From an uncultured Spirochaetota bacterium (GTDB lineage: Bacteria > Spirochaetota > UBA4802 > UBA5368), in assembly GCA_937864375.1 (NCBI GenBank), contig CALMJO010000262.1, positions 1 to 56,590 on the forward strand: DNA of 56,590 nucleotides, in the 5' to 3' direction. Made by a program: the position numbers and the translations under genes. Shown here piece by piece: positions 8,984 through 18,046 of this stretch. Numbering within the stretch: the first letter of the stretch is position 1; the number at the start of each line of letters is the position of its first letter. Under the pieces are notes generated by a model that made no database searches, had not been told where the DNA came from, and saw only the letters and a list, made by a program, of their open reading frames with translations.

Positions 8984-10149
8984 AAACGCTCATCTTCGAC
9001 ATCCAGATGGGCTCGTCCGGGGACATGCTCCTGGGCTCCCTCCTCGACCTGGGGCTCGACGCCCACCGGCTCGTGTCCTCGCTCAAGGGGCTCGGGCTTC
9101 CCGGGTGGGAGATCAATCCTTCCCGCGTGGTGAAGCACCACCTGCAGGGGACGCTCGCCGGCGTGACGGCGCGCGACGAGGCGCACGAGAGGCACCTGGG
9201 CGACATCCGCGCCATCATCGACAAGAGCGCGCTCGATCCCGACGTGCGCGCCGACATCATGAAGGTATTCACGGCGCTCGCGCGCGCAGAGGCCTCGGTC
9301 CACGGCACTGGCATCGAGCACGTGCATTTCCACGAGGTGGGAGCGCTCGACAGCATCGTCGACATCGCGGCGTTCTGCCTGGGGGTTAGGATGATGGGCG
9401 CCCAAAGGATCCTTTTCACCGAGTTCTGCTTTGGCTCCGGCACGGTCGTTACGCGCCACGGCGAGATCCCCGAACCGGTCCCCGCGGTGCTGGAGCTCAG
9501 CCGCGGGTTCCGCACCCGCGTAACGGACCGCAGGGGCGAAATGACCACACCCACCGCGGCGGCGCTCCTTGTAACGCTCGGGACGCAGGTGAGCGGCATG
9601 CCCGCCTTCACGGTGCTGGGCGCCGGTACCGGCTTCGGCACTCGCGAGCACGGCTTTCCCTCGTACACGCGGGCCGTTCTCGCAGAGTCGAACGAGGACA
9701 CCAACCGGCTTTTCCAGCTCGAGTGCACCATCGACGACATGAATCCCCAGCTATACCCGCACGTCATCGCCCGCGCGTTCTCGATGGGCGCGCGGGACGC
9801 CTACGTCTGCCCGGTGATCATGAAGAAGGGACGCCCCGGGATCCTGCTTTCAGTGCTCGTTGATGCGACGCTCGCCGGGCAGGTGCGCGAAATGCTCTTC
9901 AGGGAAACCACGACGCTTGGCATTCGCATGTTCCCCGTCGAGCGCGAGGTGCTCGAGAGAAGCTTCGATTCGGTCGAGGTGAGGGGAAAAAGCATCCGGA
10001 TAAAAACGGGTTATTACAGGGGGACGCTCGCCAACATACAGCCCGAGTACGAGGATTGCCTCACGTGCGCGGGAGAATCCGGCGCTGCGCTCAAGGAGAT
10101 CATGGCCGAGGCGGTGCGAAAATACCGTGCGGCGAGGGGTTTAGACTGA
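8980..10149 (+). CDS. larC: Nickel insertion protein LarC (DUF111)
   Basis: 389 aa with motifs GSSGDMLLGSLLDLG and VHFHEVGALDSIVDIAAF. It overlaps larB as ATGA. Confidence 0.8.
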   Translation: MKTLIFDIQMGSSGDMLLGSLLDLGLDAHRLVSSLKGLGLPGWEINPSRVVKHHLQGTLAGVTARDEAHERHLGDIRAIIDKSALDPDVRADIMKVFTALARAEASVHGTGIEHVHFHEVGALDSIVDIAAFCLGVRMMGAQRILFTEFCFGSGTVVTRHGEIPEPVPAVLELSRGFRTRVTDRRGEMTTPTAAALLVTLGTQVSGMPAFTVLGAGTGFGTREHGFPSYTRAVLAESNEDTNRLFQLECTIDDMNPQLYPHVIARAFSMGARDAYVCPVIMKKGRPGILLSVLVDATLAGQVREMLFRETTTLGIRMFPVEREVLERSFDSVEVRGKSIRIKTGYYRGTLANIQPEYEDCLTCAGESGAALKEIMAEAVRKYRAARGLD

Positions 10150-10599
10150 AAGTTCCTCCATCGTGAAAATCTGCTCGATGTCCAGCACAATCACGAAACC
10201 GTCCTCCAGCTTGGCGATGCCCACGATGTAACGGCCCGATATGCCCTTCACGACAGGGGGCGGGGGCTCAATGTCCTTCGATTCCACCTTGACGACATGG
10301 CTCACCGAGTCTATCGCGAGCCCCACTTTTTTGCCGCGGATATCCACCACGATCGCGCGCTTGTCCTCCCGCGAACCGCTGTCCTCGATGCGGAAGCGAC
10401 GGCTGAGGTTGATTATGGGGATGACCTTGCCGCGAAGGTCAATGACGCCCAGGATGTGATCGGCGGACTTGGGGAGCATCGTGACTTTGGGGAGCTTCAG
10501 GATTTCCTGAACTTTGAGTATATCGATGCCGTACTCCTCCTTGCCGATCTTGAAGCATACAATCTGCAGGGAGGTTGTGGATTTTTCCGTCTTTTCCAT
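10141..10599 (-). CDS. cheW: Chemotaxis coupling protein CheW
   Basis: CheW-domain pattern FKIGKEEYGIDILKVQEI...VIDLRGKVIPIINL...VVDIRGKKVGLAIDSV. The ATG at 10599 has a GGAGGG SD 9 nt upstream; the track start is GTG 10605. Confidence 0.85.
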   Translation of the reverse strand: MEKTEKSTTSLQIVCFKIGKEEYGIDILKVQEILKLPKVTMLPKSADHILGVIDLRGKVIPIINLSRRFRIEDSGSREDKRAIVVDIRGKKVGLAIDSVSHVVKVESKDIEPPPPVVKGISGRYIVGIAKLEDGFVIVLDIEQIFTMEELSV

Positions 10600-10638
10600 C
10601 GTCACACGCCCTCCGGCGAATAATCATCAGGTGCTAGC

Positions 10639-10667
10639 ATCGTAGCCGGGTTTCCGGCACATTTCAA
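10639..10667 (-). promoter_or_regulatory. Candidate sigma-70 promoter for cheW
   Basis: On the minus strand, TTGAAA, a 17-nt spacer, then TACGAT, about 40 nt upstream of the cheW start. Confidence 0.35.
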
Positions 10668-10705
10668 GAATAAATTCGGGAGGACAAAAAAAATCAGGCC
10701 CGGGG

Positions 10706-11437
10706 TCAGAAGTAATAATAGCCGTAAATGTAGGAACCGAGTCCCCCCAGCATGAAAAACAGCGTCTTGATAATCGAGGGGTCCCTTCTGCGTACGAGGA
10801 TATCGATGGCGCCGATTCCCATCCCGATCACCCCGGCAGTGATCCCTATGATTACGAAGTTCCTGGTGAGGAAATAGAGTCCCGTGCATGCCGCGACGCC
10901 AACCAGCACGTCGGCAAGCTCGCGGAGGCCCCGCACCGGGCGCCGCCGTGCGCCGGGCTCCCCGGAGTACTCGACGGCGCCTTCCTCGTCCTTGAAATAG
11001 CGCCGCCTGGTTCTTTCCAGGAGCTCCTGGTGGGGGTCGGCCTTCTCGGGCGCCTTCGCCGGTTCCTTTTGCTCGGAGCCCAGGGCCGTTTTCACGATGT
11101 TGCGCACGTCCCGGTGGGGGAGCGAGTTGAAATACTCCGCCCTCTTCTGGAGGCGCGGGATGACGTTGGCCTCCCTGTTGCTCGTGACGTTCTTCTGTGA
11201 GATGACCTTCCCGTTGCTCACCACGGCGAAGTAGGGGTTGCCTCCTTCATCCGCGTCCTCGATGAACATGCGTACGCGCTTCTCCTTGAGGTTGTAATCC
11301 ACCCTCAGGTAATCGCCCGCCTCGGTGTTCATGAAATGCGCCATCTGGTAGCCGCGAATCTCCGAGGGGCGTCGCTTCCACCCGGCTTCCTTGGAATCAG
11401 ACTGCCGCACGCCTTTCTTTGCTTTCTTGGCCGACAT
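10706..11437 (-). CDS. Hypothetical membrane protein (basic N-terminus, soluble central domain, three or four C-terminal TM helices)
   Basis: 243-aa ORF in the co-directional array. The C-terminus is hydrophobic: VLVGVAACTGLYFL...IIGITAGVIGMGIGAIDIL...LFFMLGGLGSYIYGYYYF. No family was recognised. Confidence 0.55.
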   Translation of the reverse strand: MSAKKAKKGVRQSDSKEAGWKRRPSEIRGYQMAHFMNTEAGDYLRVDYNLKEKRVRMFIEDADEGGNPYFAVVSNGKVISQKNVTSNREANVIPRLQKRAEYFNSLPHRDVRNIVKTALGSEQKEPAKAPEKADPHQELLERTRRRYFKDEEGAVEYSGEPGARRRPVRGLRELADVLVGVAACTGLYFLTRNFVIIGITAGVIGMGIGAIDILVRRRDPSIIKTLFFMLGGLGSYIYGYYYF

Positions 11438-11473
11438 TTCCCGTCCACTCTATCGCATCGCTCGCAAGGCATA

Positions 11474-11516
11474 TAAACAAAGAAGATTGGCCGCCGTTAT
11501 GTAGTTCAGCCAATCT
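11474..11516 (-). terminator. Terminator-like hairpin after the small basic ORF
   Basis: On the minus strand, AGATTGGC, a 17-nt loop, GCCAATCT, then TCTTTGTTT. Confidence 0.4.
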
Positions 11517-11547
11517 CCCCTGCAGCATTCACTATGAATACACCCGA

Positions 11548-11637
11548 CTACTTCTTCTTATGGCGGTTCTGCCTTCTTCTTTTCTTCCTTTTATGGTTCG
11601 CTATCTTCTTTCTCTTTTTCTTTCTACCGCAGGGCAT
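11548..11637 (-). CDS. 29-aa highly basic peptide, bS22-like / AURKAIP1-COX24-like small ribosomal protein candidate
   Basis: ATG at 11637 with the SD AAAGGAGAGGGAT immediately upstream. Translation is MPCGRKKKRKKIANHKRKKRRRQNRHKKK followed by TAG. It is too short for the 60-aa ORF track. Confidence 0.65.
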   Translation of the reverse strand: MPCGRKKKRKKIANHKRKKRRRQNRHKKK

Positions 11638-11685
11638 ATCCCTCTCCTTTGTGATTAAAAAATAAGATATCCAGTCACCCGGCGC

Positions 11686-12582
11686 CTAGCGCAGGTTATC
11701 GACTTCGCCTTTTCGGGGCTCCTTCTCCGGGGGTTGCTCGAGGCCGAGACCCAGCGGCATCCCGCTTTTTTCGGGTGCAATGATCACTTTCACATTGTCC
11801 CCCAGCCTGTCAATATAAATATATTTCAAAAGATCCGGATTCGACTTGATGAGGCGCGCGATCTCGGAGAGCTTTTCGACGAGCTCCTTCCTCGCGAGCT
11901 TTTCGCGCTCAAGCCCCGCGTTGAGTGCGATCAGTTCCTTCTTGTTGTTCTTTTCGAGCACCCTGAGCTCGTCCAGGTACTGCAGTCCCTCGTAATAGGC
12001 CTTGAGCTCCGGAACGGTTACCGCGCCGGAGATCTCCATCGCCGTGACCCTGATGCCGATCCTTCCGGCATAGGCGGTCAGCTTTTCCTGCACCGTCCTG
12101 AATACCGCCTCCCGCGCGGCGACTAGCCCCTCGCGGTTGAAGTTGGGCGCCATGTAGGGGGAAAACTCCTTCTGGAAGAAACCTTCCACCGCCTTCCTGC
12201 ACAGAACGATCAGGGCGTTTTTTTCCTTGATAAGCCGTGCCGGTTCGATCAGCAGGCGCTCAGGGTCCACCTCAATGGCCAGGTTCAGGGGCATGCGGAT
12301 CGAATAGTACTCGCTCTTGAGCTCGTCCAGAGGCGGTATGGGAAGCCTGATCTCGACCAGCTGGGAGACCCTGCGGGGAAACCTGGTCATGGAGACCCGG
12401 CCCGGAATGAGCGCATGGGCTACAAATGCATATCCCGGCGCGTGCAGGGTGCATTCGCCGTTCTGGAGGTTTTCGGCTACGACGTACTCGTCCGGGCCGG
12501 TCTTCACCACGGCCGTAAAATACGCGTAGACTGCGATGACCAGCAGGACGAGCACTACCCAGATGCCGTAGGGTCTTCTCAT
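11686..12582 (-). CDS. SPFH/band-7-like membrane-anchored protein (HflC/K-like) with a coiled-coil C-terminus
   Basis: 298 aa with an N-terminal TM helix (GIWVVLVLLVIAVYAYF). The stretch GIRVTAMEISGAVTVPE resembles the SPFH core. Its position downstream of miaA-hfq parallels miaA-hfq-hflXKC. Confidence 0.5.
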   Translation of the reverse strand: MRRPYGIWVVLVLLVIAVYAYFTAVVKTGPDEYVVAENLQNGECTLHAPGYAFVAHALIPGRVSMTRFPRRVSQLVEIRLPIPPLDELKSEYYSIRMPLNLAIEVDPERLLIEPARLIKEKNALIVLCRKAVEGFFQKEFSPYMAPNFNREGLVAAREAVFRTVQEKLTAYAGRIGIRVTAMEISGAVTVPELKAYYEGLQYLDELRVLEKNNKKELIALNAGLEREKLARKELVEKLSEIARLIKSNPDLLKYIYIDRLGDNVKVIIAPEKSGMPLGLGLEQPPEKEPRKGEVDNLR

Positions 12583-12598
12583 TGCGCGCCCCGGGGGA

Positions 12599-12832
12599 TC
12601 AGCCTTCCTCTTCGCGATACTGCAGCGGCTTTATGGGCACGATAGTGGAAACCGCGTGCTTGTATATCAGGTTCTGGCGCTTGTCAACTTCCACCAGGAT
12701 GGTGAAATTATCGAAGCTCACCACTTTCCCCTTTATGGGCACCCCGTTCATGAGGTAGATGGTGATTTCCACCTTTTCCTTGCGGGCCACATTCAGATAA
12801 TTGTCCTGTAAATTCTTTGTCTGTTTTAACAT
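12599..12832 (-). CDS. hfq: RNA chaperone Hfq
   Basis: 77 aa with Sm motifs [40 protein letters not shown]...[12 protein letters not shown]. Confidence 0.9.
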   Translation of the reverse strand: MLKQTKNLQDNYLNVARKEKVEITIYLMNGVPIKGKVVSFDNFTILVEVDKRQNLIYKHAVSTIVPIKPLQYREEEG

Positions 12833-12880
12833 CTGTACTTCCCCGTTAGTTAGATTCGTGAGCAGCCGGAGAGCATCCCT

Positions 12881-13780
12881 TTATGTGTGCGTTTCCAACC
12901 AATTATGTATCAAATTATTTATATTTGCAAGATTAATATGGGTGAACCACTGCACCTTTGGATTCCTTCTGAACCAGGTCACCTGGCGCTTCGCAAACCT
13001 CCGCGTCTCCAGCTTTATTCCAGCGACGGATTCGGCGAGACCCTCACGGCCGTCCAGGTGGGCGTGAAGCTCGGCGTATCCTATGGATTTCATGGACTTC
13101 AAACCCGGCCCGTAGCCCCTTTCCCTCAGGGACTGCACCTCGTCCAGGAATCCCCGCTCCATCATGCTGTCCACCCGCGCATCGATGCGGCGGTTGAGCG
13201 CCTCCCTTTCCGGGGCCAGGCCCAGGTACAGGGTCGCGTCGGAATCGATCCCCCGGGCCTTTCCAAAAAATGCGCTGAGCGGCTCGCCGGTTCCCCTGAA
13301 CACCTCCAGGCCCCTGAGGATTCTCTGGCGATCGTTCATGTGGACCCGGGAAGAGAAGACGGGGTCCGATTCGCGGAGCTCCTCGTACAGTGCCTGGAGG
13401 CCCCTGACCTCGAGCTCCCCCTCCAGTCCGGTCTTGACCAGGGGATCAACCCGGGGTATCTCCGAAAGCCCCCGGAAAAGGGCGTCGATGTACAGCCCCG
13501 TGCCGCCCACGAAAAGGGGAATCTTCCCCCTTCCCGCGATGCCCTCCGCGGCCTCCCTCGCCGCCCGGCAGAAATCGCCGGCCGTAAAATGGTGATCGGG
13601 ATCCACGATATCGATTAGATGGTGGGCGATCGATGCGCGCTCATCCACCGTGGGTTTGCCGCTGCCTATGTCGAGGTACCGGTAGACCAGCACGGAATCC
13701 GCCGACACGATCTCAAACTCGTCGCCCGCGATACGGAGCGACAGGTCCGTCTTCCCCGATGCGGTCGGACCTACCAGCAC
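12881..13780 (-). CDS. miaA: tRNA dimethylallyltransferase (the true start is probably upstream of GTG 13780; candidate ATT at 13792)
   Basis: P-loop VGPTASGKT plus the motifs HHLIDI and GGTGLY. See the finding on the start codon. Confidence 0.85.
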   Translation of the reverse strand: MLVGPTASGKTDLSLRIAGDEFEIVSADSVLVYRYLDIGSGKPTVDERASIAHHLIDIVDPDHHFTAGDFCRAAREAAEGIAGRGKIPLFVGGTGLYIDALFRGLSEIPRVDPLVKTGLEGELEVRGLQALYEELRESDPVFSSRVHMNDRQRILRGLEVFRGTGEPLSAFFGKARGIDSDATLYLGLAPEREALNRRIDARVDSMMERGFLDEVQSLRERGYGPGLKSMKSIGYAELHAHLDGREGLAESVAGIKLETRRFAKRQVTWFRRNPKVQWFTHINLANINNLIHNWLETHT

Positions 13781-13831
13781 AACAGCTTTAATGTGACCGA
13801 TCCTCCCGGCCGGGCGCGCCGGCGCCCGGGA

Positions 13832-14029
13832 TTATTCTTCCATGCCCAGCTTGAACTTGACGTCCTCGTCGAGGGCAAGCTTCAGTATATTGGGTACCAC
13901 TTTCCAGTTGAAGTCTTCTTCGGGGTACTCCTGGATGTTCCCGATTTTGTCGACCATCACCATGGTGGCACGCGCAAAGATATATCGGTTCCTGTTAAAC
14001 GCTATCAGCTTTTCCAAAGGAATTATCAC
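13832..14029 (-). CDS. rpoZ: DNA-directed RNA polymerase omega subunit (GTG 14029 with a GGAGGA SD; the track ORF extends to 14131)
   Basis: [25 protein letters not shown] matches the RpoZ core (nrY...a.RA). The gene follows gmk, as in the conserved gmk-rpoZ pair. Confidence 0.6.
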   Translation of the reverse strand: MIIPLEKLIAFNRNRYIFARATMVMVDKIGNIQEYPEEDFNWKVVPNILKLALDEDVKFKLGMEE

Positions 14030-14639
14030 ACGCGTCCTCCCACTCCCTGATAAAAGATTCCATCCGCCCCGTTCTGCACCGCTCGGCCCGGAGGACCGAC
14101 TTGAAGTCCGCCACGGCGCGGTCAAAATCATCGTTGACTATCAAATAGTCAAAGTTCCTGTATTCCTGCAGCTCGACCGCCATATTCCGAATGCGGACCC
14201 TGAGCGCCTCCTCCGATTCCGTTTGCCTGTTGCGCAGTCGCTTTTGCAAAATCAGGGGTGAAGGGGGTATCACGAATATGAACACCCCGCCCTCAATGCA
14301 TGCTTTGAGGCTGCGGGCGCCCTGTACGTCCACGTCGAATATGGGGATTTTTCCCATGCAGTGTATCCTGTCAACCTCTTTTTTGGCGGTCCCATACCTG
14401 TTTTGATGCACCAGGGCCCATTCCAGGAACTCATCGCGGGCGGTCATCCCGTCGAACACCTCGTCCGACACGAAGTAGTAGTGCACCCCGTCGACCTCCG
14501 TGGGGCGGGGGCGGCGGGTGGTGGTCGATATGGAAAACTCCAGGCCCTGTTCGGTCTTTAAAAGCGCCCGGATCAGGGAGCTCTTTCCGGCCCCGGAGGG
14601 AGCTGACACGATTACCGAATGGAGGTTATTCCGCATCAC
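13995..14639 (-). CDS. gmk: Guanylate kinase
   Basis: P-loop [11 protein letters not shown] plus the motifs STTTRRPR and [12 protein letters not shown]. Confidence 0.9.
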   Translation of the reverse strand: MMRNNLHSVIVSAPSGAGKSSLIRALLKTEQGLEFSISTTTRRPRPTEVDGVHYYFVSDEVFDGMTARDEFLEWALVHQNRYGTAKKEVDRIHCMGKIPIFDVDVQGARSLKACIEGGVFIFVIPPSPLILQKRLRNRQTESEEALRVRIRNMAVELQEYRNFDYLIVNDDFDRAVADFKSVLRAERCRTGRMESFIREWEDACDNSFGKADSV

Positions 14640-14874
14640 TGGACAGGCGGTTCGACAGGGTTTCCGGCTGCATTGCGGACAGCACGATATGGCCGCTGTC
14701 CATGATGATAATGGCCCTGGTCTTGCGTCCGTGGGTGGCGTCGATCAGCATCTTGTTGTCCTTGGCCTCTTCACGGATACGCTTGCCGGATGCCGATTGC
14801 GGTGTGATCACGCCGATCACACGCCCGGCCACCACGGCATTGCCAAAACCGATGTTTATCAGGGTGGTTTTCAT
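14626..14874 (-). CDS. remA: RemA/YlzA family protein (DUF370)
   Basis: [29 protein letters not shown]...[31 protein letters not shown]. The ATG at 14874 is preferred. Confidence 0.8.
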   Translation of the reverse strand: MKTTLINIGFGNAVVAGRVIGVITPQSASGKRIREEAKDNKMLIDATHGRKTRAIIIMDSGHIVLSAMQPETLSNRLSSDAE

Positions 14875-14885
14875 CGCACACGCGC

Positions 14886-15752
14886 CTACACGATATTTCT
14901 GCACTGCTCGCGTATCTTGTCAATATGGTTCTTGATGTCAACCACAAGATGGGCGACCGCCGAGTTGCTCGCCTTGGAGCCTATGGTGTTGATCTCGCGG
15001 AACATCTCCTGCGCCAGGAAATCCATCTTTTTTCCCACCTGGTCGTCCTCTTTCATGACCTGGTGGAACTTCGCCATGTGGTCCTTCAGGCGGACTATCT
15101 CCTCGTTGACGTCGTGCTTGTCGGCGAGAATGGCGACCTCGGTGAACAGGCGCGCGTCTTCGATCTTTCCACCGGCGATGGCCTCGATGTTCTTTTTTAG
15201 CTTTTCGAATAGCCCCCGCGCCATGTCACCGGCGTGGGTTTCGATGGTTTTCACCCGGCGCGCGATCTGGGCGAGCGAGCGCCCCACGTCCTTTCCGGTG
15301 GAGATCCCCTCCTTCCGGCGCATCTTGCGCGCCTTGACGATCGCCTGGTCCATGGACTTGTAGACCTCGGCCCTGGTTTTTTCCTGCAGTACCGACTTTC
15401 CGCGGTGGATGACCCCTTCCATTCCCAGGAGGACGTCCACGCTCACCGGGCTCTTGATCCCCAGGTCGCCCAGCGCGCGGGTCACCTCGCCGTAGTATTT
15501 CTTCAACAGCTCCCGGTCTACCGACACGGCGCGCGTCTCCACCCAGTCGTATATTTCTATGGTGAGCTGAATCTTTCCGCGTCCAAACCCCTTCTTGAGC
15601 ACCGCCTCCATCCCGCTTTCGTCGTTGCGGAGTATGCGCGGGAGATTGAGCTCGATCTCCAGGTACTTGGAATTGAGCGTTCGTATTTCCACCGAGAAGG
15701 AGAACTGGGGAGTGGTGCGCTCCACGAAAGCGTACCCGGTCATGCTTTCCAT
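14886..15752 (-). CDS. yicC: YicC family stress-induced protein (endoribonuclease YicC/YloC)
   Basis: N-terminus SMTGYAF...[12 protein letters not shown], and the C-terminal DUF1732-like stretch [13 protein letters not shown]...[22 protein letters not shown]. Confidence 0.85.
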   Translation of the reverse strand: MESMTGYAFVERTTPQFSFSVEIRTLNSKYLEIELNLPRILRNDESGMEAVLKKGFGRGKIQLTIEIYDWVETRAVSVDRELLKKYYGEVTRALGDLGIKSPVSVDVLLGMEGVIHRGKSVLQEKTRAEVYKSMDQAIVKARKMRRKEGISTGKDVGRSLAQIARRVKTIETHAGDMARGLFEKLKKNIEAIAGGKIEDARLFTEVAILADKHDVNEEIVRLKDHMAKFHQVMKEDDQVGKKMDFLAQEMFREINTIGSKASNSAVAHLVVDIKNHIDKIREQCRNIV

Positions 15753-15759
15753 GGGCGCC

Positions 15760-16239
15760 TCACAGTGTTTTCTCGGGCCTGCCGAGCGAGCGTATCTTCA
15801 ACCGCCCGTCCTCGGCGTAAAAGTCGATCGTGCGGCCGTAGTCGCCGCCCACGTCTTCCGCGACGACATTTATTCCCATCGCGCCGAGCACCTCGCGAAC
15901 CTTTTTCACGTTGTTCCTTCCAATTTCGCTCATCATGCTGTTTTCCGATATCTTGAACATCATGGCGCCGCCCACCAGCTTCGCGGACAGCCGGGCCCTT
16001 TGGGCGCCCGCTTTTTCCATCTGCTCGACGAGATGGGGAATCGCCGTGTCGGCGTATTTTTTTTCGTTCAGGTGGGACTCGGTGCGCTCGGGGAGCATGA
16101 TGTGGGAGAGGCCCGCGATACCCGTGCCCGGATCGTGAAGGCAGATGCCCACACACGAACCCAGGATGGTCCTGAGTATGTCGGGCGAGGCGGCGACTCC
16201 CATGTCCGCGATACCCACGTTTACGAGTTTAAAATTCAT
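15760..16239 (-). CDS. cheD: Chemoreceptor glutamine deamidase CheD
   Basis: Motifs VGIADMGVA, LGSCVGICLHD and AGLSHIMLP. Confidence 0.85.
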   Translation of the reverse strand: MNFKLVNVGIADMGVAASPDILRTILGSCVGICLHDPGTGIAGLSHIMLPERTESHLNEKKYADTAIPHLVEQMEKAGAQRARLSAKLVGGAMMFKISENSMMSEIGRNNVKKVREVLGAMGINVVAEDVGGDYGRTIDFYAEDGRLKIRSLGRPEKTL

Positions 16240-17089
16240 GCGCGCGCTCCTTGGGAACGTACACCGGCGAGTCCAGCAGCTTCACGTATACGAAGTCCTC
16301 GGAGATGGAATGAAGCGTCTCTGAATGGCCGATGTACAGGTATCCGGTCTTGTTGAGCGCCCTGGCAAATCCCGAAACGAGCTGCCTCTGGTGCTCGCGG
16401 TCGAAATAAATCATAACATTGCGGCAGAATACCACGTCCATGTCCTTGGGATACTGGCTCTTGAAAAGGTTGAGGTAGTAGAATGTCACGAGCTTCCTGG
16501 CGCTTTCGCTGATCGCGAAAACTTCCGGATACTGCTTGTCCTGAACAAAGTATTTTTTCAGCAGCTCGGGCGGGACCTTTTCGATCCTGCGCCCGGAGTA
16601 TTCGCCCTTGCGCGCGAAATCGAGCACCGAGGGGGCGATGTCGGTCGCGATGATCTCGACCTGCCATCCCTGGAACAGGTGCATGTTTTCGAGCACGCAG
16701 ATCGCAAGGGTGTACGGTTCCTCCCCCGTGGAACATCCCGCGCTCCAGATGCGAAGGCGCTTGTCGGTCTTTTTTTTAGCCAGGTCCGGAAACGAGTATT
16801 TTTCGAGCGCCTCGAACTGGCGCTCGTTGCGGAAAAAATAGGTTTCGTTCGTGGAAACGACGTCTATGAGCTGCTCTATTTCCTTGGACTTGTCGGGCAG
16901 TTTCTGGATGTACTCGAAGTATTCGGTGAATGAATCAAGCTTGAGGGCCTGGAGGCGCTTGCGAAGCCTGTTCGAGAGAAGGGTGATCTTGGTGTCCTTC
17001 ATGAATATCCCGCTCTCTTCGTAAATGAGCCTGGCGAATTTTTGAAATTCCTCCTCGGTGAGCCGCTTGATCATGTTGAAGTCTATCAA
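16229..17089 (-). CDS. cheR: Chemotaxis protein methyltransferase CheR
   Basis: CheR N-domain and SAM-binding motifs: LTEEEFQKFARLIYEESGI, TNETYFFR, IWSAGCSTGEEPYTLA and FCRNVMIYFD. The start is TTG with an AGGAGA SD. Confidence 0.9.
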   Translation of the reverse strand: MIDFNMIKRLTEEEFQKFARLIYEESGIFMKDTKITLLSNRLRKRLQALKLDSFTEYFEYIQKLPDKSKEIEQLIDVVSTNETYFFRNERQFEALEKYSFPDLAKKKTDKRLRIWSAGCSTGEEPYTLAICVLENMHLFQGWQVEIIATDIAPSVLDFARKGEYSGRRIEKVPPELLKKYFVQDKQYPEVFAISESARKLVTFYYLNLFKSQYPKDMDVVFCRNVMIYFDREHQRQLVSGFARALNKTGYLYIGHSETLHSISEDFVYVKLLDSPVYVPKERAHEF

Positions 17090-17183
17090 GGTTCATCTCC
17101 TGTTCAATCGCGCGATAAGCGCCGTGAAGCCGCCTGGCGGTGCATGGGCAGAGTATACCACGAATCCGCGCGGCCGCCGGCCG

Positions 17184-18017
17184 TTACAATGATTTATTCA
17201 GATTGAGCACGAGCCTGATTTCACCCAGGGGTATGGACGAGCACCTGGCAAGCACGTCAACCGGGTAACCCTGCCGGTACAGTTCCGCGGCAAGGCCATA
17301 CTTGTCACGGGATCCCTGGAACATGTCCACAAGCTCGTCTTCGTTCAAACCCGGACCCTCGGGATCGGGTTCGCTTCCGGGGGACATCGACTTCACGTCC
17401 CGAAACTCGCGCTCAATCAGGTGCGCATGGTCACCAGTATTCACAAAATCTTCGCCTTGTAAAGCGCTTTTCCGCTCCCGGCGTTCCGCCTCCGCGGCGG
17501 CACGCTGGTCCCGGGTAAGCCGCGCATATGCGTATTCAAGCGCGATGTTCCGTACCTTGATCGCTTTTTCGCTCAACCTACGGATGAGCATCGAGACGTG
17601 GTAGGCAAGACCGGGTTCTTCAACGGTTGCTGCGCGTTCCTGCATTCGTTCATGATGCACGGCGGCCTGCGGCATTACCGGTGCTTTTTTATGTTCCCCG
17701 GCGGGCTCTGCCCCGTGCAGGGAGGGTTCTGGCGCATTCCCGGCATCGGCCGGTTCATCCTCGTCCATGAGGCTGATGTCGACGCTCCGCAGCGCCCCGG
17801 TATTGGCGAGCACCTTTTTCATGATGGCGATGCGGTTTTCCAGGATGGAAATGTTTCGCTCCGCCGTCTCGTTGAATTCCCTGATGACCTCGTCCATCTC
17901 CCGTCGGAACCTCTTCTCCCGGAACTCGGCCGCCGAGCGTTCGAGCTTGAGGCTGATCACCAGGTAAAACAGCGCCCACAGTATGATATTGATAAAGACC
18001 AGTACGCCGAATTGCAT
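17184..18017 (-). CDS. Hypothetical single-pass membrane protein with a coiled coil, an acidic/Pro-rich linker and a C-terminal HTH-like tail
   Basis: 277 aa with an N-terminal TM helix (FGVLVFINIILWALFYLVISL). The C-terminus LYRQGYPVDVLARCSSIPLGEIRLVLNLNK recalls the tail of DUF2802/DUF6115-type flagellar-locus proteins. That comparison is from memory. Confidence 0.55.
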   Translation of the reverse strand: MQFGVLVFINIILWALFYLVISLKLERSAAEFREKRFRREMDEVIREFNETAERNISILENRIAIMKKVLANTGALRSVDISLMDEDEPADAGNAPEPSLHGAEPAGEHKKAPVMPQAAVHHERMQERAATVEEPGLAYHVSMLIRRLSEKAIKVRNIALEYAYARLTRDQRAAAEAERRERKSALQGEDFVNTGDHAHLIEREFRDVKSMSPGSEPDPEGPGLNEDELVDMFQGSRDKYGLAAELYRQGYPVDVLARCSSIPLGEIRLVLNLNKSL

Positions 18018-18046
18018 ACACTCCCATCCTTAAGGTTGAGGACAAG

